DNA of 64,000 nucleotides from Parcubacteria group bacterium (GTDB taxonomy: Bacteria; Patescibacteriota; Minisyncoccia; Moranbacterales; UBA11712), in contig JBAZXV010000006.1 in assembly GCA_041659685.1 (NCBI GenBank), positions 2,032 to 66,031 of the forward strand. Reading direction: 5' to 3'. Below are positions 1-10,112 of this stretch, one piece after another (the first letter of the stretch is position 1; every line of letters starts with the position of its first letter). Both the position numbers and the translations under genes were made by a program. Under the pieces are notes generated by a model, which saw only the letters and a program-made list of their open reading frames with translations, was not told the origin of the DNA and ran no database searches.

Positions 1-171
1 TTCTCCTTCAACCTGGATATCCTTAACTTTTCCTTCATTGACTTGGTTGGCAAGCTCATTAAGATTCACTTCGCTGATTTTTTGGACCGGCGCGTTGTAA
101 ACCATCACAATGCCGGAAATCGCGAAAAAGATGAGAAGAATTATTGCTAAATTTTTAATGAAATTTTTCAT
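1..171 (-). CDS. ftsH: FtsH protease, N-terminal part (runs off window)
   Basis: Manual translation from ATG at 171: MKNFIKNLAIILLIFFAISGIVMVYNAPVQKISEVNLNELANQVNEGKVKDIQVEGE. This fits a TM helix plus an FtsH extracellular-domain pattern, and the gene lies directly downstream of tilS (conserved synteny). Confidence 0.8.
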   Translation of the reverse strand, partial: MKNFIKNLAIILLIFFAISGIVMVYNAPVQKISEVNLNELANQVNEGKVKDIQVEGE

Positions 172-208
172 ATGTTATTTATAGGAAGCTTGTTCTTAAG
201 AATTAAAA

Positions 209-1183
209 TCATGCTTTACTGATTATTAACTTATCACCTTTTTTTTTAATCTTCAACCCCGTTATCTCTGTTTCCTGTGTTTTGCTTTTGTTGCTTTTTA
301 TTATCTTCATAATTTCGTCTATGTGCCTGAACTCTATTTTTCGAAGATTTGGATTATATTCTTCTATGGCAAGGCGCAGCACTTCCTTCCGGATCGAAGG
401 ATGAAGTTTCCTCAGATCTGCCACGGACAGATTTTTTTTTGCCTTCAGCCATTCGCTGGAAAATAATCTGATAAAGCTATAGTCCTCGGCAACCGATTGC
501 GAGAGATTATACAAGGCTTCCTCGATATTGGGGTTGAAATCCTTTGCGATTTGCGGGAGCAATTGGTTTCGAATTTTATTTCGCGTGAAATTATCCTCAA
601 AATTGGTTTTGTCTGTGCGGGAACCTATCTTATTTTTACGTAAATAATCCAGTATTTCTTTGCGAGAGACATTGAGAAAGGGCCGGATGATGTTTCCGTT
701 TTTAAACTTAATCGCGCCCAGTCCGCGAAGTCCCGTCCCCCGAACGATTCTCATTATTACTGTTTCGGCTTGGTCTCCGCGGTTATGCGCAACTGCAATT
801 GCACCGGCTTTGTGTTTTTTTTGCACCTCTCGGAAAAAATTGTAGCGGAAATTCCGAAGTTTTTCTTCCAAATTTGCAGATTTCGGCGAATATCGACCGG
901 TGCGGATGATTTCAACCGGCAAAGAATATTTTTTGGCAAGACCGCTTACTAATTTTTCATCGAGTTCAGAATCTTTTTTCCGGAGGCCGTAGTTCACATG
1001 TGCGACGACAATCCCAAGGCCGTATTTGTCCTTTAATTGGCAAAAAATATCCAGAAGGCAAACCGAATCCGGTCCGCCGGAGCATCCGATCACGATTTTC
1101 GCGCCTTGGGAAAATAGATCGTGGCGAAAAATATTTTCCTGGATCTTCTTTATGAGTCTTTTTATCGCAGTTTTACTGACTAT
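209..1183 (-). CDS. tilS: tRNA(Ile)-lysidine synthetase; start uncertain (GTG 1093 in track; frame open to ATA 1183)
   Basis: SGGPDS PP-loop, HVNYGLR, AHNRGDQAET, IIRPFL and RNKIRN motifs. Confidence 0.93.
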   Translation of the reverse strand: MVSKTAIKRLIKKIQENIFRHDLFSQGAKIVIGCSGGPDSVCLLDIFCQLKDKYGLGIVVAHVNYGLRKKDSELDEKLVSGLAKKYSLPVEIIRTGRYSPKSANLEEKLRNFRYNFFREVQKKHKAGAIAVAHNRGDQAETVIMRIVRGTGLRGLGAIKFKNGNIIRPFLNVSRKEILDYLRKNKIGSRTDKTNFEDNFTRNKIRNQLLPQIAKDFNPNIEEALYNLSQSVAEDYSFIRLFSSEWLKAKKNLSVADLRKLHPSIRKEVLRLAIEEYNPNLRKIEFRHIDEIMKIIKSNKSKTQETEITGLKIKKKGDKLIISKA

Positions 1184-1743
1184 TTAAGGTTTTTTCTTAT
1201 AAATTCAATAACTTTTTTAAATACTTCCTCCCGGGAAAGGTCTGTGGTGTCAAGATAAAGGTCGTAATTTTTTGAATCGCGGATGTTTATCCCGTAGTAT
1301 TTTTCATATCTCAAATCGTCGGTTTTTCTCCTCTTGGAGATGTTTTTCATGATATCCTCCAGCGAGCTGAACTTCTTTATTTCGTTTCTTGAATTCCCGG
1401 CCTCCTCCTGAAGCTGTTTGAAAATTCTTCGCGCCCCTTCTCTTTCATCGACTCGCAAATATATTTTCAAAGACACCGGGATCAGGTGCCAGGCCGTCCT
1501 GCTTTCGATTATAAAATCACTCTCGTTTTTTGAAAGCTCGAGAATGTGATCATCCAACTCTTTGTCTATTTGCGGGTCAGATTCTCCCAGTTTCCCGTAT
1601 TCAACAACGGTTAAGCCTCTTCTTTTCGCCATGTCGCGAAAAATTTGGCCCATGTAATATCTTGGGTAACCGAGCGTTTCGGCGATCTTTTTTGCAATCG
1701 TGCTTTTCCCCGACCCCTCATCTCCGTTAAAAGAAACAATCAT
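1180..1743 (-). CDS. cmk: Cytidylate kinase (short, archaeal-like type)
   Basis: P-loop GDEGSGKST, GQIFRDMA, DDLRYEKYYGI, YDLYLDTT; adjacent to rpsA. Confidence 0.85.
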   Translation of the reverse strand: MIVSFNGDEGSGKSTIAKKIAETLGYPRYYMGQIFRDMAKRRGLTVVEYGKLGESDPQIDKELDDHILELSKNESDFIIESRTAWHLIPVSLKIYLRVDEREGARRIFKQLQEEAGNSRNEIKKFSSLEDIMKNISKRRKTDDLRYEKYYGINIRDSKNYDLYLDTTDLSREEVFKKVIEFIRKNLK

Positions 1744-1816
1744 ACTGCCCTTTAAAGAAGGATTATTATTTTCTGAATACTAAATTTCGCTTCCATGTAA
1801 GCGTTAACCGAAAGAC

Positions 1817-3067
1817 TTATTTTTCTTTGCTCGCCCCCGTCAAAGCAAGCCCCATTCGGTGCTCCTTAGGTTCAATGGACAGGATTTTCCATTTGTAGGT
1901 ATCTCCGGTTTGGATGATATCCTCTATATTCTTTCCCGGGTGAGACTCAAGCAGCTCGCTTATATGGGCAAGTCCGTGAATATCGTCATCCAGGTATACA
2001 AAAGCTCCAAAATGATTGATTTTTCTCACTTGACCCTCTACTACGTCTCCCGGCTTGTATTTATTCTCCACTTCAGACCAGGGATCTTTTTGAAGCGCCT
2101 TGATGCTCAGGGACACCCTTGTATCATCAATGCCGATGATTTGGCATTTCACCTTGTCTCCGGTTTTAATGATTTCTCTGGGGTTGTCAATAAGTTGCCA
2201 GGCTAATTCCGAAATATGTACCAGTCCTTCGAGCTTGTCTTCCTCGTTATTGGAATCTTTTTTGCTTGGCGGAAGAAATTTAACGAAAGCTCCAAAATCG
2301 ACAACTCCGCTGACTTCTCCCTCGATAACATCCCCTATCTTGAGTTCTGAAATCGATTTTCTCTCCTGATCGCTGAAGGCAGCCTTTTCGCTTACGATCA
2401 GCTTTTCGCTTTCCCTGTCAGTATCAATCACTTTTACCCGCATTTCTGTCCCTATATATGAACGAAGTTTTTCTAAAATTTTGCTTTTTTCCCCTTCCTC
2501 AACGCGAGGATAGTGCTCGTTTGAAAGTTGAGAAACAGGAAGGAAACCGGTGATTCCGTTAACCTCGACGATAAGACCGCCCTTGTTGGCTTCCAATATC
2601 TTGGTATTGAATATTTCTTCGCCTATTTGCTTTTCTTCAAGATCCAGCCAGGCCTTTTCAATAGAAGCTTCGCGGATTGAGAGTTCGACATATCCCTCTT
2701 CATTCTCAAGATCTGTTACGGTCGCTGAAACGCTGTCTCCGATTTTAAGTTTGTCTGTTGCTCCGAGTCCGTCTTTGATCTCTTTTCCAAGAACAATGCC
2801 CGTTCCAAAAATACCAAGATCCAAGTAGATGGCGTTCGATCCGATTTCGATCACTTTTCCCTCAATGACGTCGCCTTCTTTGGGAAAATTGACCTTGGCT
2901 TGGTTCAAAAAATCGGCCATGCTTGAAGCCGTTTCTTCTTTTTCTTCGGTTTGAGTTTTAACTTCTTCTGATTCCTTTTCTTCCGAAACTGTGCTGATGT
3001 TATCGCTTTTTTCTTCAGAAACCTTGTCGACCTCTTTAGCCAGAGTGTCGTAAATATTATCCAGCAT
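1817..3067 (-). CDS. rpsA: 30S ribosomal protein S1 (four S1 domains, acidic N-terminal extension)
   Basis: Repeated S1 motifs (NKGGLIV..GFLPVSQ, DFGAFV..GLVHISEL, HFGAFV..GLAHISEL). Confidence 0.93.
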   Translation of the reverse strand: MLDNIYDTLAKEVDKVSEEKSDNISTVSEEKESEEVKTQTEEKEETASSMADFLNQAKVNFPKEGDVIEGKVIEIGSNAIYLDLGIFGTGIVLGKEIKDGLGATDKLKIGDSVSATVTDLENEEGYVELSIREASIEKAWLDLEEKQIGEEIFNTKILEANKGGLIVEVNGITGFLPVSQLSNEHYPRVEEGEKSKILEKLRSYIGTEMRVKVIDTDRESEKLIVSEKAAFSDQERKSISELKIGDVIEGEVSGVVDFGAFVKFLPPSKKDSNNEEDKLEGLVHISELAWQLIDNPREIIKTGDKVKCQIIGIDDTRVSLSIKALQKDPWSEVENKYKPGDVVEGQVRKINHFGAFVYLDDDIHGLAHISELLESHPGKNIEDIIQTGDTYKWKILSIEPKEHRMGLALTGASKEK

Positions 3068-3244
3068 TTGATTAATGTTTAGGTTAACAATTATACTGCT
3101 AAGGAAGAATATAACATAAATGGAGTTTTAGCAAGGGGCGATCGAAGAAAACAGCTTATATCAGCAGATAATAAGGATTTTAGGAGGATAATATCGAACT
3201 CGTTGTCCTTCCGATGAAAGTGATAAATCGGCGGCCTGATAAGG

Positions 3245-3273
3245 TTGATATTTTATCTCCGCCGTGCTATTAT
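3245..3273 (+). promoter_or_regulatory. Sigma70-type promoter
   Basis: TTGATA-17nt-TATTAT with extended TG. Confidence 0.5.
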
Positions 3274-3409
3274 TCCTTATGCAATGAGCTATAGGCTTTA
3301 TTTTTTATGTCCGGCGGCGATTTCTTCAGAGCTTCGGTCGCCGGAAGTTTAAGTTTTAATTCCAAGGTCGCCGATTTATTATTTATAGAAAGGCGAACTG
3401 ATATCAGGT

Positions 3410-4078
3410 ATGACCATTCAATGGTACGGACATTCTTGTTTTAAGATTTCAACCAAGCCCGAGGGGCGCGGTTCAGGGGAAGATGTGATTGTTTTCACCG
3501 ATCCTTTTCAAAAGGAGATCGGACTCCGCCCTCCCCAGGGAAAAGCCGATATTGTGACAATAAGCCATGACCATAATGACCACAATAACTCAGATGCTCT
3601 CAGAGGAGAGCCGGCGGTTTTGGACATACCAGGAGAATATTCTATTAAAGGAGTTTCGATTAAGGGGGTCAGTTCTTTCCACGACAAGAAGGAAGGGATG
3701 GAAAATGGCTTAAACACAATATTTATATTCGAAAGCGAAGGCGTGCGATTTTGCCATCTTGGCGATTTAGCAACGCCTCTTGACAAGAAGCAGCTTGAGG
3801 AAATAAACGGAGTTGACATTTTGGCGGTCCCGGTCGGAAACCGAAAATCTCTTAATGGAAAGGAAGCTAAAGAGGTGATCGGCCAGATCGAACCGAAGAT
3901 TATTCTGCCAATGCACTATAAAATCGAAGGATCGAAATTTCAAGGCGACGACGAGAAAGTTTTTTGCAAGGAAATAGGTTCTTGTCCAAAGGAAAAACTG
4001 GCAAAATTAATTATCAAAAAGAAGGATTTGGAAGGAAAGGAGATGGAAATAGTCATGATGGAGGCATTGAGCAGCTAA
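3410..4078 (+). CDS. Metallo-beta-lactamase-fold hydrolase
   Basis: WYGHSCF, TISHDHNDHN, HLGDL, PMHY. Confidence 0.9.
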   Translation: MTIQWYGHSCFKISTKPEGRGSGEDVIVFTDPFQKEIGLRPPQGKADIVTISHDHNDHNNSDALRGEPAVLDIPGEYSIKGVSIKGVSSFHDKKEGMENGLNTIFIFESEGVRFCHLGDLATPLDKKQLEEINGVDILAVPVGNRKSLNGKEAKEVIGQIEPKIILPMHYKIEGSKFQGDDEKVFCKEIGSCPKEKLAKLIIKKKDLEGKEMEIVMMEALSS

Positions 4079-4118
4079 ATTGAAAATAAAGTCAGATTTT
4101 TGTTACGAAAGTTATTTT

Positions 4119-4514
4119 ATGGGGCTTCAGGAATACGTAAAAAATCTTCAAAAAAAGCCTCTTCGCCAGCGCGAACGGATTGCCGTTGCGGCTACTGGCG
4201 TCTCTTTTGCTATTATTCTGATCATTTGGCTCATTTCTTTTTCAGAAATGAACAGTAGCAACGCCCCTGCGGAAAGCAATACTTCAACCATCGATCAGCT
4301 GAAAAACCTGAAGGACGATATGGGAGAAGGAAAGAAATCAATACAAGAAATGTGGAGCCAGCTTCCGTCTCAGGAAGATGTTAATGCCTCCGTCCAGCCG
4401 TCCGGACCAGGAGAAGGGGGCATTAACGGCGCCGATGCTTCCGATAATCAAAATGCGGGCGAAAATGAAAAAAGTGGCGATCAGCAAAATGACGGCATAC
4501 CCCCGCTTCCCTGA
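4119..4514 (+). CDS. Hypothetical single-TM protein
   Basis: ATG at 4119; one hydrophobic helix followed by a low-complexity tail. Confidence 0.7.
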   Translation: MGLQEYVKNLQKKPLRQRERIAVAATGVSFAIILIIWLISFSEMNSSNAPAESNTSTIDQLKNLKDDMGEGKKSIQEMWSQLPSQEDVNASVQPSGPGEGGINGADASDNQNAGENEKSGDQQNDGIPPLP

Positions 4515-4632
4515 AGATTGATCAATTACGAGTCAAATATGAGTACGCGAACTGATGGCGAGGAAAGGACATTCCGATTTCGCCGGGATTAGTTCGCGTA
4601 TTGATAAAAATTAGTAATTCTCAAATAAAATC

Positions 4633-7065
4633 ATGGAAATAGGGTACATAAAACCAAGAGAAATAACGAAAGAGATGAAAGAGTCTTATCTCGCTTACGC
4701 GATGAGTGTTATCGTATCGAGAGCTCTTCCGGATGTTCGTGACGGGATGAAACCGGTCCATCGCCGGATTCTTTATGCCATGCGCGGGTTGGGTCTAACC
4801 CATGCGGCGAAATACAGAAAGTCGGCTACGGTAGTCGGAGAAGTACTCGGAAAATACCATCCGCACGGAGATTCTGCTGTTTACGACTCTATGGTGAGAC
4901 TCGCGCAGGATTTTTCCATGCGCTACCCTCTTGTCGACGGACAAGGGAACTTCGGATCAATGGATGGAGACAGCGCGGCGGCGATGCGTTATACGGAAGC
5001 CAAGCTTATGCCTCTGGCTGAAGAAATGATGGCCGATATTGAAAAGGATACGGTCGATTTTATACCCAACTATGATGCGTCAAGAGAGGAGCCCTCTGTT
5101 CTCCCGACCAAAGTTCCCCAGCTCCTTCTTAATGGTACGATGGGAATCGCAGTCGGAATGGCGACAAATATTCCTCCCCATAACCTGGGAGAATTGGTTG
5201 ACGGCCTTATCCATATTATTGAAAATCCGGATTGTGAGGTAAAAGATCTGATGAATTTCGTAAAGGGGCCCGATTTTCCGACCGGAGGATCGATTTTCAA
5301 TCAAAATGACATAAACCAGGCATATCTTACGGGGCGGGGCGGGATAGTTACGCGAGCCGAGACTGAAATTATGGAAACCAAAAACGGCCAATTCCAGATT
5401 ATCGTAACCGAGATGACCTATGCGTCAAACAAAGCAACGACCATATCAAAGATCGCCGAACTCGTGAAAACGGGAAAGATTGAGGGAATCAGAGACATTC
5501 GGGACGAATCAGATAAAGACGGAGTAAGGATTGTCATTGAACTCAAGAAGGAAGCTTTTCCAAAAAAGGTCCTTAATAAGCTTTACAGCCTTACCGATCT
5601 TCAAAAATCGTTTCATGTGAATATGCTGGCGCTTGTGGACGGAATTGAACCGAAGATTTTAAATCTCAAGGCAATATTGGAGCATTTCATCAACCACAGG
5701 CGTGTGGTTGTTACCCGCCGGACAAAATTCGATCTTCAGCGGGCCAAGGATCGCGCGCACATACTTGAAGGACTCAAAAAGGCGCTTGACCATATCGATG
5801 CCGTGATTAGCACAATAAGAAAATCACCCGACAAGGAGGCAGCCCATTCAAACCTTATGAAAAAGTTCAAGCTTTCCGATAAGCAGGCAGCCGCTATTTT
5901 GGAAATGAGGCTTCAGACGCTTGCCGGGCTTGAAAGAAAGAAAATAGAAGATGAATTGAAGGAAAAAAGAGGGTTCATAAAAGAACTCGAAGATCTTCTG
6001 AAGAGTCCCAGAAAGATTTTGGGCGTCGTGAAGAAAGAGCTTACGGAACTCAAGGAGAAATACGGAGATGAGAGAAAAACGCGCGTCGTGAAATCGGCCG
6101 TGGGCGAGTTTAAACAGGAGGATCTTATTCCCAATGAGGAGACAATCATCGTTCTTACGGAAGATGATTACATCAAACGCATGCCTCCTTCGTTTTACCG
6201 TGTTCAAAAAAGAGGCGGAAAAGGCGTGATCGGAGCGGCAACCAAAGAAGGAGATACGATTGATCGGGTGGTGACCGCCATGACTCATGACAGTCTTTTC
6301 TTTTTTACAAACACCGGCAAGGTGTTCCAATCCATGGCCTATGAAATTCCCGTTTCGTCGCGAATTGCCAAGGGTCAAGCCATTGTGAACTTTCTCCAGA
6401 TTGCGCAAGGCGAAAAAATTACCGCCATTATTTCAATCAGCAAAGACAGCCAGGCAAAATACCTGTTTATGACCACCAGACTGGGAACAGTAAAAAAATC
6501 AGCCATTTCTGATTTTGCCAAAGTCCGGCGTTCCGGCCTTATTGCTTTAAATCTGGCAAAGGATGATGAGCTTCGATGGATTGCGCCTATAGCGGGGAAG
6601 GATGAAATAATAATAACAACGGCTTCCGGTCAGGCTATTCACTTCAAGGAAACGGACGTTCGTCCGATGGGACGCGGGGCGGCTGGAGTACGCGGAATCA
6701 AACTAAAAAAAGATGATCTGGTAGTCGGAATGGATCCTGTTTTCAAGGAACAAAAGGGAAATCAACTGCTCGTTCTTACTGAGAACGGATTTGGGAAAAG
6801 AACAGACTTAAAAAGCTATAAAATTCAGCGGCGGGGCGGCTCAGGGATTAAAACCGCAAAGGTAACACCTAAGACGGGAAAACTGGTTTCAGCCCACGTA
6901 GTCAACACAGACGGACTTGAGGCGGATCTGATTGCAAGTTCCGCTAAAGGCCAGATAATCCGAACACCCCTAAAAACCATTTCTGTTTTAGGAAGAGCTA
7001 CGCAGGGGGTGCGCGTAATGAGGTTTAATCAAGACGACAAAATTGCGGCCACGACGGTTCTCTAG
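4633..7065 (+). CDS. gyrA: DNA gyrase subunit A
   Basis: [24 protein letters not shown] active-site Tyr, GyrA-box QKRGGKG, beta-pinwheel repeats. Confidence 0.98.
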   Translation: MEIGYIKPREITKEMKESYLAYAMSVIVSRALPDVRDGMKPVHRRILYAMRGLGLTHAAKYRKSATVVGEVLGKYHPHGDSAVYDSMVRLAQDFSMRYPLVDGQGNFGSMDGDSAAAMRYTEAKLMPLAEEMMADIEKDTVDFIPNYDASREEPSVLPTKVPQLLLNGTMGIAVGMATNIPPHNLGELVDGLIHIIENPDCEVKDLMNFVKGPDFPTGGSIFNQNDINQAYLTGRGGIVTRAETEIMETKNGQFQIIVTEMTYASNKATTISKIAELVKTGKIEGIRDIRDESDKDGVRIVIELKKEAFPKKVLNKLYSLTDLQKSFHVNMLALVDGIEPKILNLKAILEHFINHRRVVVTRRTKFDLQRAKDRAHILEGLKKALDHIDAVISTIRKSPDKEAAHSNLMKKFKLSDKQAAAILEMRLQTLAGLERKKIEDELKEKRGFIKELEDLLKSPRKILGVVKKELTELKEKYGDERKTRVVKSAVGEFKQEDLIPNEETIIVLTEDDYIKRMPPSFYRVQKRGGKGVIGAATKEGDTIDRVVTAMTHDSLFFFTNTGKVFQSMAYEIPVSSRIAKGQAIVNFLQIAQGEKITAIISISKDSQAKYLFMTTRLGTVKKSAISDFAKVRRSGLIALNLAKDDELRWIAPIAGKDEIIITTASGQAIHFKETDVRPMGRGAAGVRGIKLKKDDLVVGMDPVFKEQKGNQLLVLTENGFGKRTDLKSYKIQRRGGSGIKTAKVTPKTGKLVSAHVVNTDGLEADLIASSAKGQIIRTPLKTISVLGRATQGVRVMRFNQDDKIAATTVL

Positions 7066-7084
7066 CGAAAAATTACGAAATATC

Positions 7085-7113
7085 AAAAGCGGCTTCCCTG
7101 GAAGCCGCTTTTT
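7085..7113 (+). terminator. Intrinsic terminator after gyrA
   Basis: AAAAGCGGCTTC-cctg-GAAGCCGCTTTTT. Confidence 0.8.
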
Positions 7114-7328
7114 AGATGACTTTGCATTAAATTCCCGGTTTGTATCTTTTTTCTGTTTATTGTAAAATTCAATTAACATTTCAGAAGCCACAAGGAGATT
7201 TTTAAAATAAATCGGCATTAACCTTTTCGATGCTATTGCTTGCCCGGAAATAATATTGTCAAGAAGGAGCATCCCCGTTCTCCGCCTGCCGGCGACAAGC
7301 ATCCAAAATAAAAATTAATCCAAATTGA

Positions 7329-8768
7329 GTGAATAAAAAAATATCCGTAGCGGCATTTCTTCTTATTCTGCTCATTACGTTTTCCGGTTGCGGGTGCAAA
7401 GCGCCAACCTCAAGCTATCAAGTCAGTCTCGAAGTCTGGGGTCTTTTTGACGATTCCGACGTGATGGCGAAGGTAATAAATGAATATAAAAAACGAAATA
7501 CTTTCGTCAAAGAAATAAATTACAAAAAATTGACGGTCGATTCTTACGAGAATGACTTGAGGGACGCTTTGGCATCCGGCAAGGGTCCTGATATTTTTTT
7601 AATTCATAATTCTTGGCTCTCAAAACATAAAGACAAACTGGCACCGGCGCCTGATTCGGTCATAAATGCAAAACAAATTCAGGATGCATTTGTTGATGTT
7701 GTGTCTCAGGACTTTGTAAGAGAGTCAAAAGTCTACGCCCTTCCTCTTTCCGCGGACTCTCTCGCCCTCTATTACAACAAAGATCTGCTTAATCAGGCGG
7801 GAATTTCGGTTCCTCCAAAAACCTGGCTGGAGTTTGATGATGCGGTTAAAAAAATTACAAAAATCGACACATTCGGGAATATCGTTGTTTCGGGGGCAGC
7901 CATGGGATCTTCGAGCGATGCCAGCGCGGGAGAAGGCAAAATTAACCGGGCGACCGACATCTTAACGGCCATTATGATGCAAGCAGGCGCGGAAATGTAT
8001 GATGCTGAAAGCAACACCTCCACCTTTGCGAAATTCGCCAACAAAAACATCAGTACCGGCAATCAAATACCTCCCGGACAAGCGGCGCTGAACTACTACA
8101 CAAAGTTTTCCAATCGGGATAATTTGGAATACTCATGGAATTCGACCATGCATAACTCCGTTGACAGCTTTATTGAGGGGCAAACGGCGATGACTTTGAA
8201 TTATTCGTGGCTATTGCCGAGAATTCAGTCAAAAGCGCCAAAATTAAATCTCGGAATATCAACTCTTCCGCAAAACATTGATGCAAACGGCAAGGGCCTT
8301 AATCTGAATTTCGCCAATTACTGGGGATTCGCAGTTTCGAATAATAAGGTAATCGAGAGCGGCGTGGATTCAGGCGTTTCCAACGCCCAAGCCACCAATG
8401 ACCAAAGGATCGGGGAGGCCTGGAGGTTCATACGTTACCTTACGATGCCGCCTTCGTACAGCCAGGACGCAGACTTCAAAGCCGCCCAGGACCCGAAATA
8501 TGACCCGGCGGCGGAATATGCGGCGGAGCAAAAAAAGCCGGCTGCCCGAAGGGATATTATCGAAACGCAGAAAAGCGACATTTTGATGGCGCCTTTTGCT
8601 GAAGGAAACCTAGTGGCAAAAAGCTGGCCGCAGCCGGATAATTTGGCCGTAGAGAGGATATTCGATGAAATGATCGACGATGTTGCTCTTCGGAACGCTG
8701 ATTCTCGAAAATCAATCGAACAAGCCCAGAAGGATGTCGATTTATTGATCAAGAAAGATTCTTTGTAA
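7329..8768 (+). CDS. Extracellular solute-binding (lipo)protein, sugar-binding family
   Basis: Signal/lipobox FSGC, GKGPDIF, YALPLSADSLALYYNKDLL, PPKTW; no ABC permease adjacent. Confidence 0.85.
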   Translation: MNKKISVAAFLLILLITFSGCGCKAPTSSYQVSLEVWGLFDDSDVMAKVINEYKKRNTFVKEINYKKLTVDSYENDLRDALASGKGPDIFLIHNSWLSKHKDKLAPAPDSVINAKQIQDAFVDVVSQDFVRESKVYALPLSADSLALYYNKDLLNQAGISVPPKTWLEFDDAVKKITKIDTFGNIVVSGAAMGSSSDASAGEGKINRATDILTAIMMQAGAEMYDAESNTSTFAKFANKNISTGNQIPPGQAALNYYTKFSNRDNLEYSWNSTMHNSVDSFIEGQTAMTLNYSWLLPRIQSKAPKLNLGISTLPQNIDANGKGLNLNFANYWGFAVSNNKVIESGVDSGVSNAQATNDQRIGEAWRFIRYLTMPPSYSQDADFKAAQDPKYDPAAEYAAEQKKPAARRDIIETQKSDILMAPFAEGNLVAKSWPQPDNLAVERIFDEMIDDVALRNADSRKSIEQAQKDVDLLIKKDSL

Positions 8769-8780
8769 TCTAAGGATGTA

Positions 8781-10100
8781 ATGGGATTATTCGCCTCAGA
8801 AAAAAAAAGCAAAACAAAAGCTATTTTGATAGTTGTTTTTGTTTTGGCCGCGGGGCTGTTTTTTTCCGGTAAAGCGCTAGCCTGTACATCCGGCGAATGT
8901 CGCCCCACTTGCTTTGACACGGAAAAACCGACGGGAGAAGGCTGCACCGTTTCGGCGGATGGTTTCACTCAAGAAGGATCCTGCTGTGAAAAAAAGAGCG
9001 GCACTGATCTGGTGAGCGGAAAAGTTTGTTCTGAAGACAAAGGAATGGTAGCAGGAAGATGTTACGTCAGCGGCTCAGCGGGAATGGCCGGTTGCTCGGG
9101 AATAGGCCCGGGGTTGGCATTGGGGGAAAAAGGAGAGATGGGTTGTCCAAGCGATCAAATTTGCTGCAAAACGCAGGAATATCAAGATGCAACTCAGGGA
9201 AAGCCGGAAACGTCATCAAGTTCACCGTCTTCCCCCGCGGCAGCGGTTTCGCCCTCTAGCTCAGGAATTGCGGGCGGCCTCGTTCCCTGCAAAGACGATT
9301 GCACTCTTTGCCATCTGGTAATTGGTTTCAAAAGCATTTTTGATTGGCTGATGGGTCTTCTGTTTATTGCGACAATGCTTATTATAACGGTTTCCGGAGT
9401 GTTCTATATGGTGTCAACCGGGAGCAAAACAATGATAGATAAGGCCAAAAAAGCGCTCACATATGCGCTTACCGCCTTTGTAATCGGCATGGGATGCTGG
9501 CTCATGATCAATATCATCATGACGATGCTCGGGTTTTCAAATCCTCTAGGAGGAAATTGGTGGGAGTTTACCTGCGACACGACGCAGACCAAAGGGGCGG
9601 CCCCGAGTTCTTCTCTGCCAACTTCCGGGCAACCGGCCGGGGATTACAAGCCGTCTCAATGCGCGGACGGAGCGCTCAAAAACGCTATGGCACTTAAGGA
9701 TCAGACGATTTATGATCAAGGGCCGCTCAGGGGGAAAAAGGATTCAAACGGTTACTGGCACCTGGATTGCTCGGCGTTTGTGAATAAGTGTTGGCAGGAT
9801 GCCGGGCTCAAAAGTCCCGGCGGTTCCACTAAACAAATGACAGCAAGCAGTTCCATTAATAATGGAAACAGAAACTCCTTCGGTGCCGGCGATCTGTTGT
9901 TGGTCTCCGGACATGTTGTGATGTGCATGGATCAGGGCTGCAAACAGGTTATCCACTCGTCCGGAAAAGATGATAATGTTAAAATATCAAACGGAGATTA
10001 CTATATCAGCAAAGGCGCGGGGGTTATTCGGGCGGCGGATTACGGCGGCAGCTCGTGCAAAACCACTATGCTCAAAATTTTTCCGTCGCGATATAATTAG
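8781..10100 (+). CDS. Cys-rich VirB2/TrbC-like pilin fused to a C-terminal NlpC/P60-like domain
   Basis: Signal peptide, Cys-rich repeats and pilin core (SGVFYMVSTG..IDKAKKAL..W), then YDQG..LDCSAFV..GDLL..GHVVM..VIHSSG. Confidence 0.75.
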   Translation: MGLFASEKKSKTKAILIVVFVLAAGLFFSGKALACTSGECRPTCFDTEKPTGEGCTVSADGFTQEGSCCEKKSGTDLVSGKVCSEDKGMVAGRCYVSGSAGMAGCSGIGPGLALGEKGEMGCPSDQICCKTQEYQDATQGKPETSSSSPSSPAAAVSPSSSGIAGGLVPCKDDCTLCHLVIGFKSIFDWLMGLLFIATMLIITVSGVFYMVSTGSKTMIDKAKKALTYALTAFVIGMGCWLMINIIMTMLGFSNPLGGNWWEFTCDTTQTKGAAPSSSLPTSGQPAGDYKPSQCADGALKNAMALKDQTIYDQGPLRGKKDSNGYWHLDCSAFVNKCWQDAGLKSPGGSTKQMTASSSINNGNRNSFGAGDLLLVSGHVVMCMDQGCKQVIHSSGKDDNVKISNGDYYISKGAGVIRAADYGGSSCKTTMLKIFPSRYN

Positions 10101-10112
10101 CCTGTAAAATTT

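Noticed and set aside
3279-3400. Mini-ORF ATG CAA TGA and hairpins in the MBL-gene leader as a riboswitch or leader peptide
   Set aside because: No recognisable aptamer consensus or terminator; the evidence is insufficient.
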